DNA of 64,000 bases from Euprymna scolopes (taxonomy: Eukaryota). Below the pieces are notes generated by a model. That model had not been told where the DNA came from, ran no database searches, and saw only the letters and a list, made by a program, of their open reading frames with translations. The translations under genes were made by a program, and so were the position numbers. Below, one piece after another: positions 12,533 through 24,754 of this stretch. The DNA lies in the NCBI GenBank assembly GCA_053919585.1, contig CM132795.1. One strand, given 5' to 3'. Positions within the stretch are counted from its first letter, which is position 1. Every line of letters starts with the position of its first letter.

Positions 12533-14088
12533 CTTAGATAAATACTTTTGCAGTTTTAACAAAAAGGATACAATAATATCAGAGCGTCTCCATTTATACT
12601 GAATGTCTATAGAATGCCAGCATCAGTATATTACATATGACTAAGTCCCCCTGTGGAATTGTCACAGGTCCCGCTAATTCAGATATTAATTCAAGAAATA
12701 TAAGTATCATTAAAAGCTTTCCTGACATTGGTAATAATTGTTTTCTGGATTTGCACGGCGATTTATTTAAAAAAATACTAAATGGATTTGAGTAAATTCT
12801 TGCGTACATATTTTTTTTACTTACGGGGTAAGTACATAAACATTTTTGTATTATTTGTTTTAATATAATATGAACATTTTTACTCCATGATAAACGCGTT
12901 GTTTACGTTTCAATTCAAAATATAAGTTTTGTAAACTAATTAAACGCAGATATGTAAAAAAACAACAACAAAAAAACAAAATGAATAAACATTTATTTGT
13001 TTATAAATAAAACTTTTCGATATCCTCGCGCTATCTACAGGAATCTTTATTATGTTTTGGCAGGATACGACTTATAAAAAAAGATATGTCCCATCTTTAC
13101 AGCGGTGATTTTTTTTAAATGTCCAAGCCAGGTTGCACTTTATATGTAACAAGTTTTTTTTTTCTCCCTGATAAATTTAATCTGGAGAAGCACTGTTCAT
13201 CCTTTCTAGTCTAAAATAATTGAATATTTTATATCTTAAACATTATCATAAGACGAGTTAGATTTGCCAATGCCGTAATCTATCTGATAATTGCTACTAA
13301 CTATGATGCCACATATAGTAAAGGAGGGAAAGATTATTAACGGGGATGAAAATAATGGTTTAACGCCACAATCTCGTACTCTAAAAGTCTTGGGTTCCAT
13401 CACTGTAAAAGGTAGTACATATTTATTTCGCTTCAATCACACCCACAACTCAATGTCTCTAAGCCTAATCCGAGATTTTTGTCTGGTTATTAAAACTTTT
13501 CAAACGCAAATACTTGATTGGTGATCTTATTCGATAACCATCGTCATCATCATCATCATTATCATAATCATGATAACTTTTTGTTCAGAATTAAAACTTC
13601 TATTCTTCAAAATATCAATTTTATTATCCACATAGTGTTCTTCATCTTTCAGTTGGCAATCATTGCCTTATTATTAACCCTTATCTTTGAGTGTCTCTTG
13701 GTCTTGATAAGTGGTGCCCTATTTGTTAATGTTGACTATATTATCCAATCATATGTCTAATACTATTCGTTTCATAACTGTTTCTTGAAAAACTTACTTT
13801 CATTAACGGTTATAATTTTAAGCCAATGAGAATCTCAAATTTTAGTTACCCGCTTCGATTCAATTTTTCTATAAAATAAGAATTGGACCTCAGTTTCAGA
13901 TTTGTTGTTCGTCGTCTTTCTGACGAGAAGAGATCGTGCAAACAATAGCAATTGCGTAAGTTCCACTCATTTCTTACCCTAAATGATAAAGGCGGTTACA
14001 TTAATTCGTGATATAGACTGTACACACACCAATTTCCACGCGTCAGTTTTTTTCATTAAATGTAATTAAAAATGTATATAGTCTTTTA

Positions 14089-14278
14089 GGTGCTAGTGCA
14101 CTTACTGATTCGCGCTATTTTTAAATCATATTTTCAAGTTTAATTAAAGTTTTATTTTAGTTCTTTATTCAATTGTAAGGTTAAAGTACAGAATAGGTAA
14201 AAAAAACACCCTCCCCATGTTAAGAATGACTTTTTAAATGTTATTATTTCAGCACGGATCAATAAGTGCATGAGTACC
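14089..14278 (+). mobile_element. Merlin-like MITE (subtype A)
   Basis: GGTGCTAGTGCACTTACTGAT...GGATCAATAAGTGCATGAGTACC; flanks gtctttta/gactttta (7/8 TSD). Confidence 0.85.
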
Positions 14279-15347
14279 GACTTTTAATACGGTTAATGCG
14301 TAATTAATAAAACAACTACAGAAACTCGTTTATATTCAGGCCTTTAAATGAAATCGCGCAACATAGTCGGCACATAGAATTCTTTACAAGTTGTTGATTA
14401 AAGTTGAAAATCGTATTTAAGTAAGAACGGTATGCTTTTTACTTAAACCGTGTAGAAGAAAGTTATTATATTGGCTTTTTCTTCCTTTCCTCTGTTTACT
14501 ACACGCTTATGATTTATAGCTTAGTTGTTCCTGATAAGTGTTTTAGTGATTTTATAATCTCCATTAATTTGGATATTTGGAAATATTTTCAGTTTCCCGC
14601 CAAACCGCTTTATCCTGTTTCTACGGTTTGTTAACGCTTAACTCTAATCGTTATTGCAACAAATCTCTGTGTTTTACATGTTTGGCGTAGAACTTGCAAG
14701 TTCCTTTTTTTTTGTAATTACAAGAATCTGTTATTTCTCCTTGAGTATTACTTTTAATACAGCTTTTAATACCATTTCTTACTTTCAACATTACCGTGCA
14801 TGCCCGGTAGCTTATGCACCTGCTAATAACAAATGGCGTCCGTTTTAAGTAATTTAAAATGATTTTGGTACTTTTACAGACTTGTAATCGAAATTGCTTT
14901 TTAATTTAAAATTCAACTTAGGTATTGGTAAAACTTTAGAACCGAACAAAAACTGGTTAAGATGTTAGGGTTATTTTTTACTGATAAAGTTTTTTTTTCT
15001 CGAGACAAAGATATACGAATAGAAAAAATCGATTGTATTCGGTTAACATTTTTCTCGAAGCACTATATACTCGTAATAACCATTTTCCCGCATTTACACC
15101 TAGTTTTCATTTACACTCTCGTTCAAAATTTTACTTATTTTAGTTTGCAGCGGCCGGGAAACTGAGATGTACATAGATTTATCCATTCGTATCGCTTAAT
15201 AATATATTTATTGAACAGATATTTTTCAAAACTCTGTATACTTTACAATAGCCAGCAGAACAAAAGTAGAAAATATACAAATGTATGATACATAATACCA
15301 AAGACAAGATATGTTATTCTTCTACCTATATAGAAAAATCTGAATCT

Positions 15348-15446
15348 GGTGCTAATGAACTTACTGATCCGCACTATTTTTTTTAAATCGTATTTCTGAG
15401 TTTAAAATTTTATGTTTTTTCTATTCAATTGTAAGGTTAAAGTACT
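15348..15446 (+). mobile_element. Merlin-like MITE, truncated
   Basis: Left TIR and first half of the body only. Confidence 0.75.
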
Positions 15447-15524
15447 TCCCATATCCGCCATATCATAAAAAAAAACTCAGACCCCCTCAAAGGCGTGTGG
15501 CATAATCTCTAATTAAGACATGTT

Positions 15525-15704
15525 GATACTCATGCAGTTATTGATCCGTGCTGAAATAACTTTATTTAAAAAGCCATTCTTAACATGGGGAGGGTGATTT
15601 GTACCTATTATGTACTTTAACCTTACAATTGAATAATAAAACACATCATAAAACTTTAATTAAACTTGGAAATACGATTTAAAAAAATAGCGCGGATCAG
15701 CACC
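15525..15704 (-). mobile_element. Merlin-like MITE (subtype A, small TIR deletion)
   Basis: Reverse copy; flanks gacatgtt/gaaatgtt. Confidence 0.8.
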
Positions 15705-15711
15705 GAAATGT

Positions 15712-17086
15712 TCAGCTGAGCTTGCCCCCATACTTTCCAAACTCTACAATAAATGCCTTGCTGAATCTTGTTTCCCTAATAGCTGGGAGATGGCCTGTGT
15801 GGCACCACTGTACAAGAATTCTGGTGAAAGAAGACCCTTTCAATTATCGCCCCATTAGTCCCTTCCCACTCTTCGCTAAAATCTTTGGGACCTTAATTAA
15901 TCAAGCACTAATTCACCACCTCGCAAATGCAAATCTCTCTGAAAAAGAGTATCGATTCAGGCAATATCTTTCTACTGCAGATATCTTAACGGTAATCTCT
16001 GAACGCCTTTACCATGTACTGGATAAGGCGGGCGAATCCAGGGTGTAGCCTTTGATATATTCAAGGCCTTTGAGAAAGTCTAGCACAAAGGGCTGCTGAA
16101 AATTAAATCGTACGGTATAACTGGACGTATACTAAATATAATTAGATCTTTCTTATACAAAAGAAGCATAAAACTTGTTATTGACGGACGTACATTCAGG
16201 CAGCATAACATTAATGCGGGAGGGCCTCAGGGGTCAATCTTTGGACCATTATTAATCCTGATATTTATGAACGTCCTTCCTGGTAATAATGTCCGAGATG
16301 TATATATTTGCTGATAATGCAACACTCTATAATATGCATGAGGGAAAAACAGATGTACATAAATCTACAACAATGGCAGAAGCGTGAGAAATTGACCCTC
16401 AGCCTATAATAGAATTCGGCCGTAAATGAATGGTAGCATTTAATGCTAGTAAACCTAAGCTGCTCTCCTGTAACAATTACAAGACACCTCTCCAACCGCT
16501 ATATCCATGACAAACAGTCCCTTACTTGAGGAATCAACCTAGAAGACTACTCACGCCAGAGAGTATCCTGTACCTTTACAAGTTCACCATTCGCCCACGC
16601 ATGGAGTATTGTTACCACATCTGGGCTAGTGCATCTACCATTAGTATCTCCCTCTTAAAAAAAGAGTTGTCAATCTAATCTGTCCTACTTTATCAACTAA
16701 GTTCCAGCCCCTGTCGCATTGCCGCAATGTTGCATCACTGTGCCTGTTTTACAAATATTTTAATGGAATATGTTCTGATGAACTCGTTTCACTTGTACCC
16801 CTTCGGCGTACATATCCCCGACACACCTGCTTAGCAATAAGATCTCACCTCTACACTGTTGTTGACGCTAAATGCCAGAAAACTTTTTTATTTTGATAGT
16901 CTCTTCACTCGACCAGCTATTCGTTGGAATTCCCTTCCTGCTTCCCTGGCTGTACTGATATGTAGAAGTTTAAATGTAGCAAACAAATATCTTGCACATC
17001 TTTCCTAGACATGGCCCCAAATAGTAGCCCCTTACATCCAAGTGGCGATATACTTTGTAAGGGATTACCATGAGTAAAACAAAAAA
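15712..17086 (+). mobile_element. Decayed CR1-like LINE (RT domain to 3' end)
   Basis: NYRPIS...FAKIF...STADILTVISER...DIFKAFEKV*HKGLL, G.PQGSILGP, IFADN, YLYKFTIRPRMEYCYHIWA, QPLSHCRNVASL. Multiple stops and frameshifts; A-rich tail. Confidence 0.9.
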
Positions 17087-18529
17087 TAGGAATCAGTATA
17101 TATTAGAAAGCTGATTTATAACTTTCGGTAAACAAATTTTAGGGCATAAATTTTGATTTTTCACATTCCCTCTTTTGTGTAAAAAAAAGTGCGGTAGTTT
17201 GTTTTTTTTTAACTTTAACTCCATATTTACCGTCAAATAGATGACTTTTATTAGTCCCGAATATGCTGAAAATAAATATCACATTTATATTCCGGTCAAG
17301 TAAGTAATTTTCGGGATATTAAGAGCTTTATTATTCAGTGTGATCTGTTTTCACTTGCCGCCATGTTTTTCCAACTTATCAACTACTAATGTACATGCAT
17401 GTTACAAAACACTCTCTCCCCAATTACCCTCTGAAATTCATTAAGTAATACATTGGGAAAATGTCTTATTACCCAGTGTAAAAAAGATGCTTATGTTGGG
17501 TGAGTTCAATCATTGGGAGATAAAGGCACTAACATAATGAAGCATGGCAAATGGTAGTATGGTCAAATGACATTATGTGCAAATGGGTTGGAGGTAGTTT
17601 AAATCATCTCTCTAGTCGAATTTTAGTCATTTTCGCGACTAGACCAGGCCGTTGGACTTGCTCCGACAGGCATTTTTCATACTCTTGTTACTATAACCGG
17701 TTGGGGGATCGCTAAAAGTATTTCTTTCTTTTTGTGACTGACGTTTCCCTGCTCGCCTTGAAATGTCACCCTTCGATCCATTTTACGACACCAGGAAACT
17801 ATTTATCTGAGGAAAATTCGAATGTCATAAGTTTTTAGCATATCCGAAAGGTCAATTTAAAGGTGGGTGTTGAGTTATATTTTAACTAAGTAAGAATTTA
17901 ACAAAATGTCTTTCCGAAATCATACGAAATGTTTTATATGAGAGTTGGTTTTTCAACTAACAGTATAACGAGATCCCCGTTACTTATAAAATTAGATTTC
18001 AATTTAAAAATTACCGTTTCAATTAACGTATTTTAGTGAACATTATTTTTTATTATAGATATGTGCACTATATTTTTTTTTCATTTTTGGTTTACATAGG
18101 GGAGGGCGGTGGTTATGAATGCGCACATCATTAAGAGTAAATAGCAATATTGATATCAACGCGCGTGATTCGGAAATATCAGTTTGAATAATTCATGATC
18201 GACGATTAATCTCATAAAAACATGAGTAGGCTAGGAGACTTGCACATATGTCGTGGAAATCTTCTAATGAATACATAAGTTTGCTCATACGAATGGGTTC
18301 GGATGGGTAGTAATTTTGAATGAATGTACATTAAAACATAGGCGATGAGAGGACATCTATCAAATCATATGTTTTACAGTCCAATTTATGATACAAATCG
18401 GAAGTAGCCGAACTCGCTGAGCAGTTAATTAGTACGGATAAGTAATTTCCTAAGCTTAAGGTTAATGTTAGTTTAGTCCCCTTCATAAAGGAGGTATATT
18501 ATTTCAAATGAACAAGTATTTAACTTTAA

Positions 18530-18700
18530 GGTTCTAATGCACTTACTGATCCGAGATATTTTTTAAATGGTATTTTCAAGTTTAATTAAAGTTTTATGAT
18601 TTTTTTTTATTCAATCGTAAGGTTAAAGTACAGATTATGTACAAAACACCGAATGGCTTTTTAAATGTTTTTTCAGCACGGATCAATACGTGAATGAGTA
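18530..18700 (+). mobile_element. Merlin-like MITE (subtype A)
   Basis: GGTTCTAATGCACTTACTGATCC...CAGCACGGATCAATACGTGAATGAGTA. Confidence 0.8.
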
Positions 18701-19666
18701 ATATATGACGGTATATTTAAAGGCAGTAAACAATTTTCCCCTAACGTTTGCATCCCTACAGTGGACTGGTGTTATCTAGTTTTAACGTTTTTTCAAACAT
18801 AAATTACCTTGGTAATTTATGTTTGTTCTATAAATCGCGATTGAAAACATCCGAGACTATAGGAGCCCTCACATATTAAAAAATAAATAGTTAGCCGCGC
18901 GATATTTATTTTTACTAAACTCACTTTATATATACTATTTATTAACGGATATTTAATATTTTAGAAAAAAACAACGGAGGTAAATATAAAATATACAATA
19001 AATAAATGTTACTTTAGCACTTGGTTATTTTTTTTTGTTTTAAAGTTTTAAATACTTTTTTATATCAAGTATTCGATTTTACGATCATATTGTTGGTAAT
19101 ACCGCTTGTAAACATCGAATATTTGAGATAAAATATAGCAGTTAAAACTATTTTAAAAAGCAAAACGATGAGCCAGATAGTATAAAAGTAAGTTTTATTT
19201 GACATGAAAAAATTATTTATTGCGTATTTTAATATTTTACATTTTTTTCGTTAGTTGACTTATGTTTAACTCCTGAAATTTAAATGTGCAAGTGCACGAA
19301 AATGTATCACATGAATTGTCATTGAAAATGAGCTTTGACATATGTTTAGGAGAACAATAACTCAGATTCACCATTTATTAAACATGTTAATCTTAAAGTT
19401 TTAAAATACTTATAACAATATAGATATGTGTCTTACCGTACCGATATTTTATATAGTATTTCAAGTTAGATTGTTAAGCAAATATTTAACTGAAAAATAT
19501 AGTTAAATAGCCCATTATATCAAAATGTCTTTTTAAATGTTATTTCAGCACGGTCCGTAAAATACACATACGTAAATGTATACGGTTTTTTATGGGTCGT
19601 TTTTTTTTCAATTAGATTCTACAATAAATCAACACATTTCCTATTTCGTTCACAAAAGATGGACAG

Positions 19667-19845
19667 ATGCAGAGAGTGATCCGTGCTGAAAAATAATGTT
19701 ATTTTAAAAGCCATTAACATGGGAAGGGCAGAGTGTTTTGTACCTATTCTGTACTTTAACCGTACAATTGAATAAAAAATCAAAACTTTGAGTAAATGTG
19801 GAAATACGATTTAAAAAATAGCGCGGATTACTCTGTATTAGCACT
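19667..19845 (-). mobile_element. Merlin-like MITE (subtype B TIR)
   Basis: ATGCAGAGAGTGATCCGTGCTG...GCGCGGATTACTCTGTATTAGCACT. Confidence 0.75.
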
Positions 19846-21269
19846 GATATAAATATTGCAGTGACTGAGCAACAATCGTATAAATAATAATCTTAATCAA
19901 TGCCAAGGAGTAATTTCTTTAAAAAGTACCGGATGTGTATATAATATTTCAATTATTTAAAGACAAAAACACATATTTTTCACGGGAGGACGGTGTCATC
20001 CAAAATTTACGCAAACTGATCAAGTAGTTTATTTTTTAAACTAGTAAAATTGAATTGTACGATTTTTCACGATTTTATTACTAAACTGTATTAAACATAA
20101 AACGTTTTCGACCTCTACACTTCGAATCCAGTTGGCTCCCCTTATTATTACATCGGATTTCATCACAACCAACGAAAATATGACTCGATTAGTCGTAAAT
20201 TTTTATTTAATAATAAAGGTAATTGTTTTCTTAATATTTCATGTAGGTTCCGTGCCTAGTAGGTACACTATACATACTTTTGTTTTTGTTCTTTACTTTT
20301 AATTGCGGTTATAGTGAAAATTTAAATAAGTGCTGAGTAGTGTCTTCTCGGAATAATGTAAGATAGATTTCTCTAAAATAATCCTAATTAATATATAAGT
20401 AATATTTTCCAGCATTGTTCGATTAAAATTTTATATTTTGAGCAATGCATTCTGCGAGTAATGGCTTTGGTTTTTGCGATGATAATCGTAAAATTATAAG
20501 AGGAATAACCTTTTTAAAATTAGAATGTTATGGGAGCCATGTATCTAAAAATACAAAGTAATTAACTCTATAAGTATATTTGAAAACTAATTAGGAATTA
20601 AATAACCAGGTGACAGTTTATGTCGTCAAACAAATTAAACCGAAGGAAAACTTATTTTAGTTTTGTATAAGATTAGATCCTGATAGGTATTATTCGATGC
20701 AAAGTCAAGTTTTGGTAATTTAGTACAATCTACATGCTTTAAGATCATTGGCAGAAAACCGGAGACAAAGACTGCCATTCTTGTAAAAATAGGTTTTTAA
20801 ATAGACATGTGCTATTGATATTATTTGGGAAATACAATCTGCAGTAAACCTTACATGAATTACATTGTTACCAATGCAGGTTGAAATAATTGTTATTTAG
20901 AAATTTAAGCATTGCGTAGCTTCAATAAACAATGTCGTATAGAAATATGTAAAAATTAAATTTAACCCGATAGCCCTATATAAAGCACTGCACTTGCCGT
21001 ATAAGCGCCAGTATATTCTAGAAGCGAATAAGATTTCGGTGATTACATCTTGGAAAACTGTCGAACGAAATATTTCTTGAAATAAGTATACATTACAGAA
21101 TCGATATAATTCGGTTACATTACAAAACCTTTATTTTGGCATGGCTAGAAGGTACGATTATGATAGAATTGTAAATGACTATCCTGTTTCTGAGAAACCA
21201 AAGCGACACTTCTCCTTAATGTTCAAATCTCTAACTTATTTTCGCGGAACACCGAACCTGTAAGACAAC

Positions 21270-21270
<1 letters not shown>

Positions 21271-21323
<53 letters not shown>
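21271..21323. repeat. (TA)n microsatellite
   Basis: Direct reading. Confidence 0.95.
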
Positions 21324-21327
<4 letters not shown>

Positions 21328-21410
21328 CACCCAGAACATCCAATATAATTTTGGAATGGTCTGTAGATATGCAAGTAGTTTTACACGGCACTCAAAGATG
21401 CATAATATAG

Positions 21411-21693
21411 TGTTGAGATTATTTCACCAACAAGAAGAGGAGGGATGTAATAAAAGGCAGTAAGGGCTTGCAACGAAATGGTGACGTTGCTTACAATTCA
21501 GGCAAAAGACAGCAAATACTAGAATAATTCAATTCTAAAAGAGGGGTAATAAATTTCGTTGCAAGCCCTTACTGCATTTTCTTACACGACCTCTTGTTGG
21601 TGAAATAATCCCGAAAAATTGCAACGAAACTTTATTACCCTTCTTCTAGAATTGAATTATTCTAGTATTAGCTGTCTTTTGCCTGAATTGTAA
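21411..21693. repeat. Interlocked inverted repeats A-B-A'-B'
   Basis: A 21411-21495; B 21491-21564; A' 21554-21616; B' 21619-21693. Confidence 0.9.
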
Positions 21694-21694
21694 C

Positions 21695-24180
21695 ATGGAG
21701 GATTCAGTCTCTATGGAGGAGCTTGGTCTTAAACGGAGACTTCTGCAAAGAAATGTACTGACTATTCTAGAAGTACTAGAAAAAGAAAAGAGTCCTGAGG
21801 AAGTGCTTTCTCGTTTCAATAGGGAAATTGAGGAATGGATGGAAGAGCTGGAAGCCGTCTCATTTGGTATGGAGGAGATTTATGCTTAAGAAGATGCAGA
21901 GACCCTGGCCAACTTAAGTACTGTCTTCTTTCGCTTTAAATACGATGTCAGATGAAGGTTAAGTTTACTGCGAAAGACTGAGGAAGACGAGACCCACGCA
22001 GCCACCTCGTTCGATGGAGATATTGACTCGTTTACTAATCAAGAGAACCCGGTGACCCCTGATAAGAGAGATCCACCTTCCAAATTGGCAGCTAATCATC
22101 ATTTTCGGTGGAGCCATTTAAAAGAAAGTTGAAGGGACCTCACTTCAACAAAAAATACTTTAAAAAAGACAAAAGGAGTTTTACGGACTTTTGGGGAAAA
22201 ACTTGAAAATTGTGCCAGGTCCATTACATCGGACACGAACAAACTTTATTTCTTAAGATGTTCATTAGAAGGCAGAGCTCTCCAACTGATAGATCACCTT
22301 TCTCCCTCTGTAGAAAGTTACCTGATGGCCCTGAAAATTTTAAAGGGCCAATATGTGGACGAGGAAGAAATAAGAGGTGAGATTATACAGGGAATACTGG
22401 ACTTTCAGTTGAATAATCCTGGGAATCTGGAGAAATTGAAAATTTTTATTGTGAAGACCCAGGCTGATATGTGGGAATTAAGGGATTCATACAATTGCGA
22501 TTTGTATGATGATAGGTCAGCCGGAGCAATTATAATATCGCAAGTGTTGTTAGTGAAGATCCCACCAGCAATAAAAGTAGAACTTCTGCGAATTTCTGGC
22601 AGTTACTATCCCTCATTGTTTGTGCTGTTGAAGGAGACCCCGAGAATAGTCAAACAAGTGCTTGTTGCAAGAACACCTAAGATCACGGTGAAACCTAGGC
22701 CGCAACCTAAGTTTAAGACACCAACTGAATCCTCATCTCTCGAGACCTTCAACACAAATCTGATAAGAGACCAAATGTGTTTTTTGTAAATCGAGTGAAC
22801 ATTTGTCTGACAACTGTAATAATTATACAACCCATGAGGCCAGAATAAGCAGGTGTCGAGAGCCACGCCTCTGCTTTCATTGTATTAAAAAATCCCACTT
22901 AGGAAATATGTGGCCATTGAAGACATCTAAAAAAAGTGTCTTCGTTGTAAATCTAAGGGGAACGTGACTACCATGTGTTCTTCTGTTACTAGTAATATGC
23001 ATATTGATACATGCCTCGCACTAAAGACTGTGATAACGCTTTCCTGTCTCCTATAATAGGAATTATTGTGAAAAAATGGGGATAAGGAAGTAAAAATTAA
23101 CTGCTTGTTAGACACCGGTAGTCAGAGGACTTACCTGGACTATTCAATTAAAAAAAATGGGGTTTGTATTACTGTACACATAGATTCGAAAAAGTTGTCA
23201 AAAAACAAATATATAACAAATAAATGTTATCAAAGGCAAGATAAGTTACTTTTCTACCAAACTGGATATATTTTTCGTGTTTTTATTCAATGTAAGATGT
23301 TTATTCAGCTCGAAAACCATAGTGTTTACCGATGTATTGGAACATTCAAGATGGCGTCTTATTCTCTCTTTAACACGGTAAGTGTGGGATAAGATGTTAT
23401 AAATAAAAAACCGGATAAAATACTGTTAAAAACTCGCTCAATATATGTTACCGTGACATAGGTTGACATATATTCGGCGGGTTGTTAATAGTATTTTGTA
23501 TAGTTTTTTTTTATTTATAACACCTTTTTCCATACTTGCGGTGTTAAAGAGGGTGTGAGACGCAATCCTGAATTTTCGAATACATCGGTAAACACTGTTT
23601 TTCGAGCTGAATAAATGTTACATTGAATAAAAACACAAAAAATATATCAAGTTTGGCAGAAAAGTAACTTATCTTGCCTTCGATAACATTTATTAGTTAT
23701 ATATTTGTTTTTTGACAACTTTTTCGAATCTGTGTACAGTAATACGAAATCAAAAAATGAATTGCCTCTCCTTAGCAAAGGATAGATCTATTGATGTGAA
23801 AACTTTTTTAGGCACAAATCCTAAAATGTTTAAAGAAATCTTTTTAAATTTAAATTTGTTCACTGGCAAAACCAATACCCTTCCAATTCTTGCGACAAAA
23901 TTGTGTCATATAATCTGGAAAGCCTCCCTCAGATGCTTAGGAATCTGAAGAATTGTAGATTGGCCGCTCATTTTTATGACAAAAAACCTTATTGACTATA
24001 GATGGGTTGCTAGGGAGTGACGCAATCTAGTACTTAGAACCCCTAAAGGTGATACGTTGTATGTATAGAGCTGCTTTAGAAACACAAAAAGGATTGATAT
24101 CATTCGGAAATGTTAACCCTTTTCTCTTTGAACGCCAGATCAAGAAACAAAAGTAAATTATGCAGAAGTTTTGGCTAGAA
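21695..24180 (+). pseudogene. BEL/Pao Gag-protease, disrupted
   Basis: DUF1759-like TSDTNKLYFLRCSLEGRALQLIDHLSPSVESYLMALKILKGQY; decayed Cys/His knuckles at ~22.78-22.98 kb; aspartic protease LLDTGSQRTYL. The protease is interrupted at 23160-23751 and resumes ...IDVKTFLG. Confidence 0.75.
23160..23751. mobile_element. Foldback element (~590 bp, long TIRs) inserted in the BEL protease
   Basis: GTATTACTGTACAC..AGATTCGAAAAAGTTGTCAAAAAACAAATATATAAC mirrored at the right end; arms ~260 bp; TSD AAAAAATG (8-9 bp). Confidence 0.85.
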
Positions 24181-24189
24181 CCCCACAAC

Positions 24190-24445
24190 TTATTGAGTCT
24201 CAGGAAGAACCTTGAATCTAGCCGACTCTTTTAAAGATAAGATAAAACCAGGAGATATAATACTCATTAAAAATCCTCTGAAGACTAGGTCTTTTTGGTC
24301 CCTAGGTAAATCCTCGAAATAATCCGAGGAAGTGATAATTTGGTATGCATGGTGAAAGTGAAGAAAGGGGATGGAGCTATAGACATGCATTCCATCAAAC
24401 CTCTTTCCTCTAGAATTCTCTCAACAGCCAGAAGAACCTGACCCA
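24190..24445 (+). pseudogene. BEL/Pao integrase C-terminal region (DUF5641-like)
   Basis: LLSLRK...IKPGDIILIKNPLKTRSFWSLGK / LEIIRGSDNLVCMVKVKKGDG..HSIK / LFPLE, with frameshifts. Confidence 0.75.
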
Positions 24446-24450
24446 CTGTC

Positions 24451-24702
24451 ATGGAACCATTAAGCTCTCAAGATGTGAGCCTAGACCCACAAAGGAGACA
24501 GAGCACGATAATTTGGATCTGTCCAGCCTGCAACAGATCAGAAGATACTAGACCAATGATAGCATGTGATACATGCGATGATTGGTTTCATTTCGACTGT
24601 GTGGGCCTAATAGAAGCACCGCCAGAAAATGAACAGTGGTGCTGTTATAACTGCAATCCTCGAGATTTAACAAGGGGTAGACCCAGCCTATCAAGCGTCT
24701 AA
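24451..24702 (+). CDS. PHD finger (C4HC3), TAF3-like, within the retroelement; probably the C-terminal end of the decayed Pol
   Basis: IWICPACNRSEDTRPMIACDTCDDWFHFDCVGLIEAPPENEQWCCYNC retains all eight zinc ligands. Confidence 0.8.
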   Translation: MEPLSSQDVSLDPQRRQSTIIWICPACNRSEDTRPMIACDTCDDWFHFDCVGLIEAPPENEQWCCYNCNPRDLTRGRPSLSSV

Positions 24703-24754
24703 ACTGACTGTTTTATTCCCCTTAATCAGGAATTCGTTTTTTATTTGTGGGGAA

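Noticed and set aside
13518-13760. His-rich, hydrophobic 80-aa ORF
   Set aside because: Derived from a (CAT)n repeat and T-rich sequence; no true ATG start or homology.
14089-14278. hAT assignment for the 8-bp-TSD MITE
   Set aside because: Termini are GGTRC rather than (C/T)AG; Merlin fits better.
24451-24702. Host TAF3 gene exon
   Set aside because: It sits between the integrase tail and the PPT/LTR of a retroelement, and no other TAF3 exons are visible.
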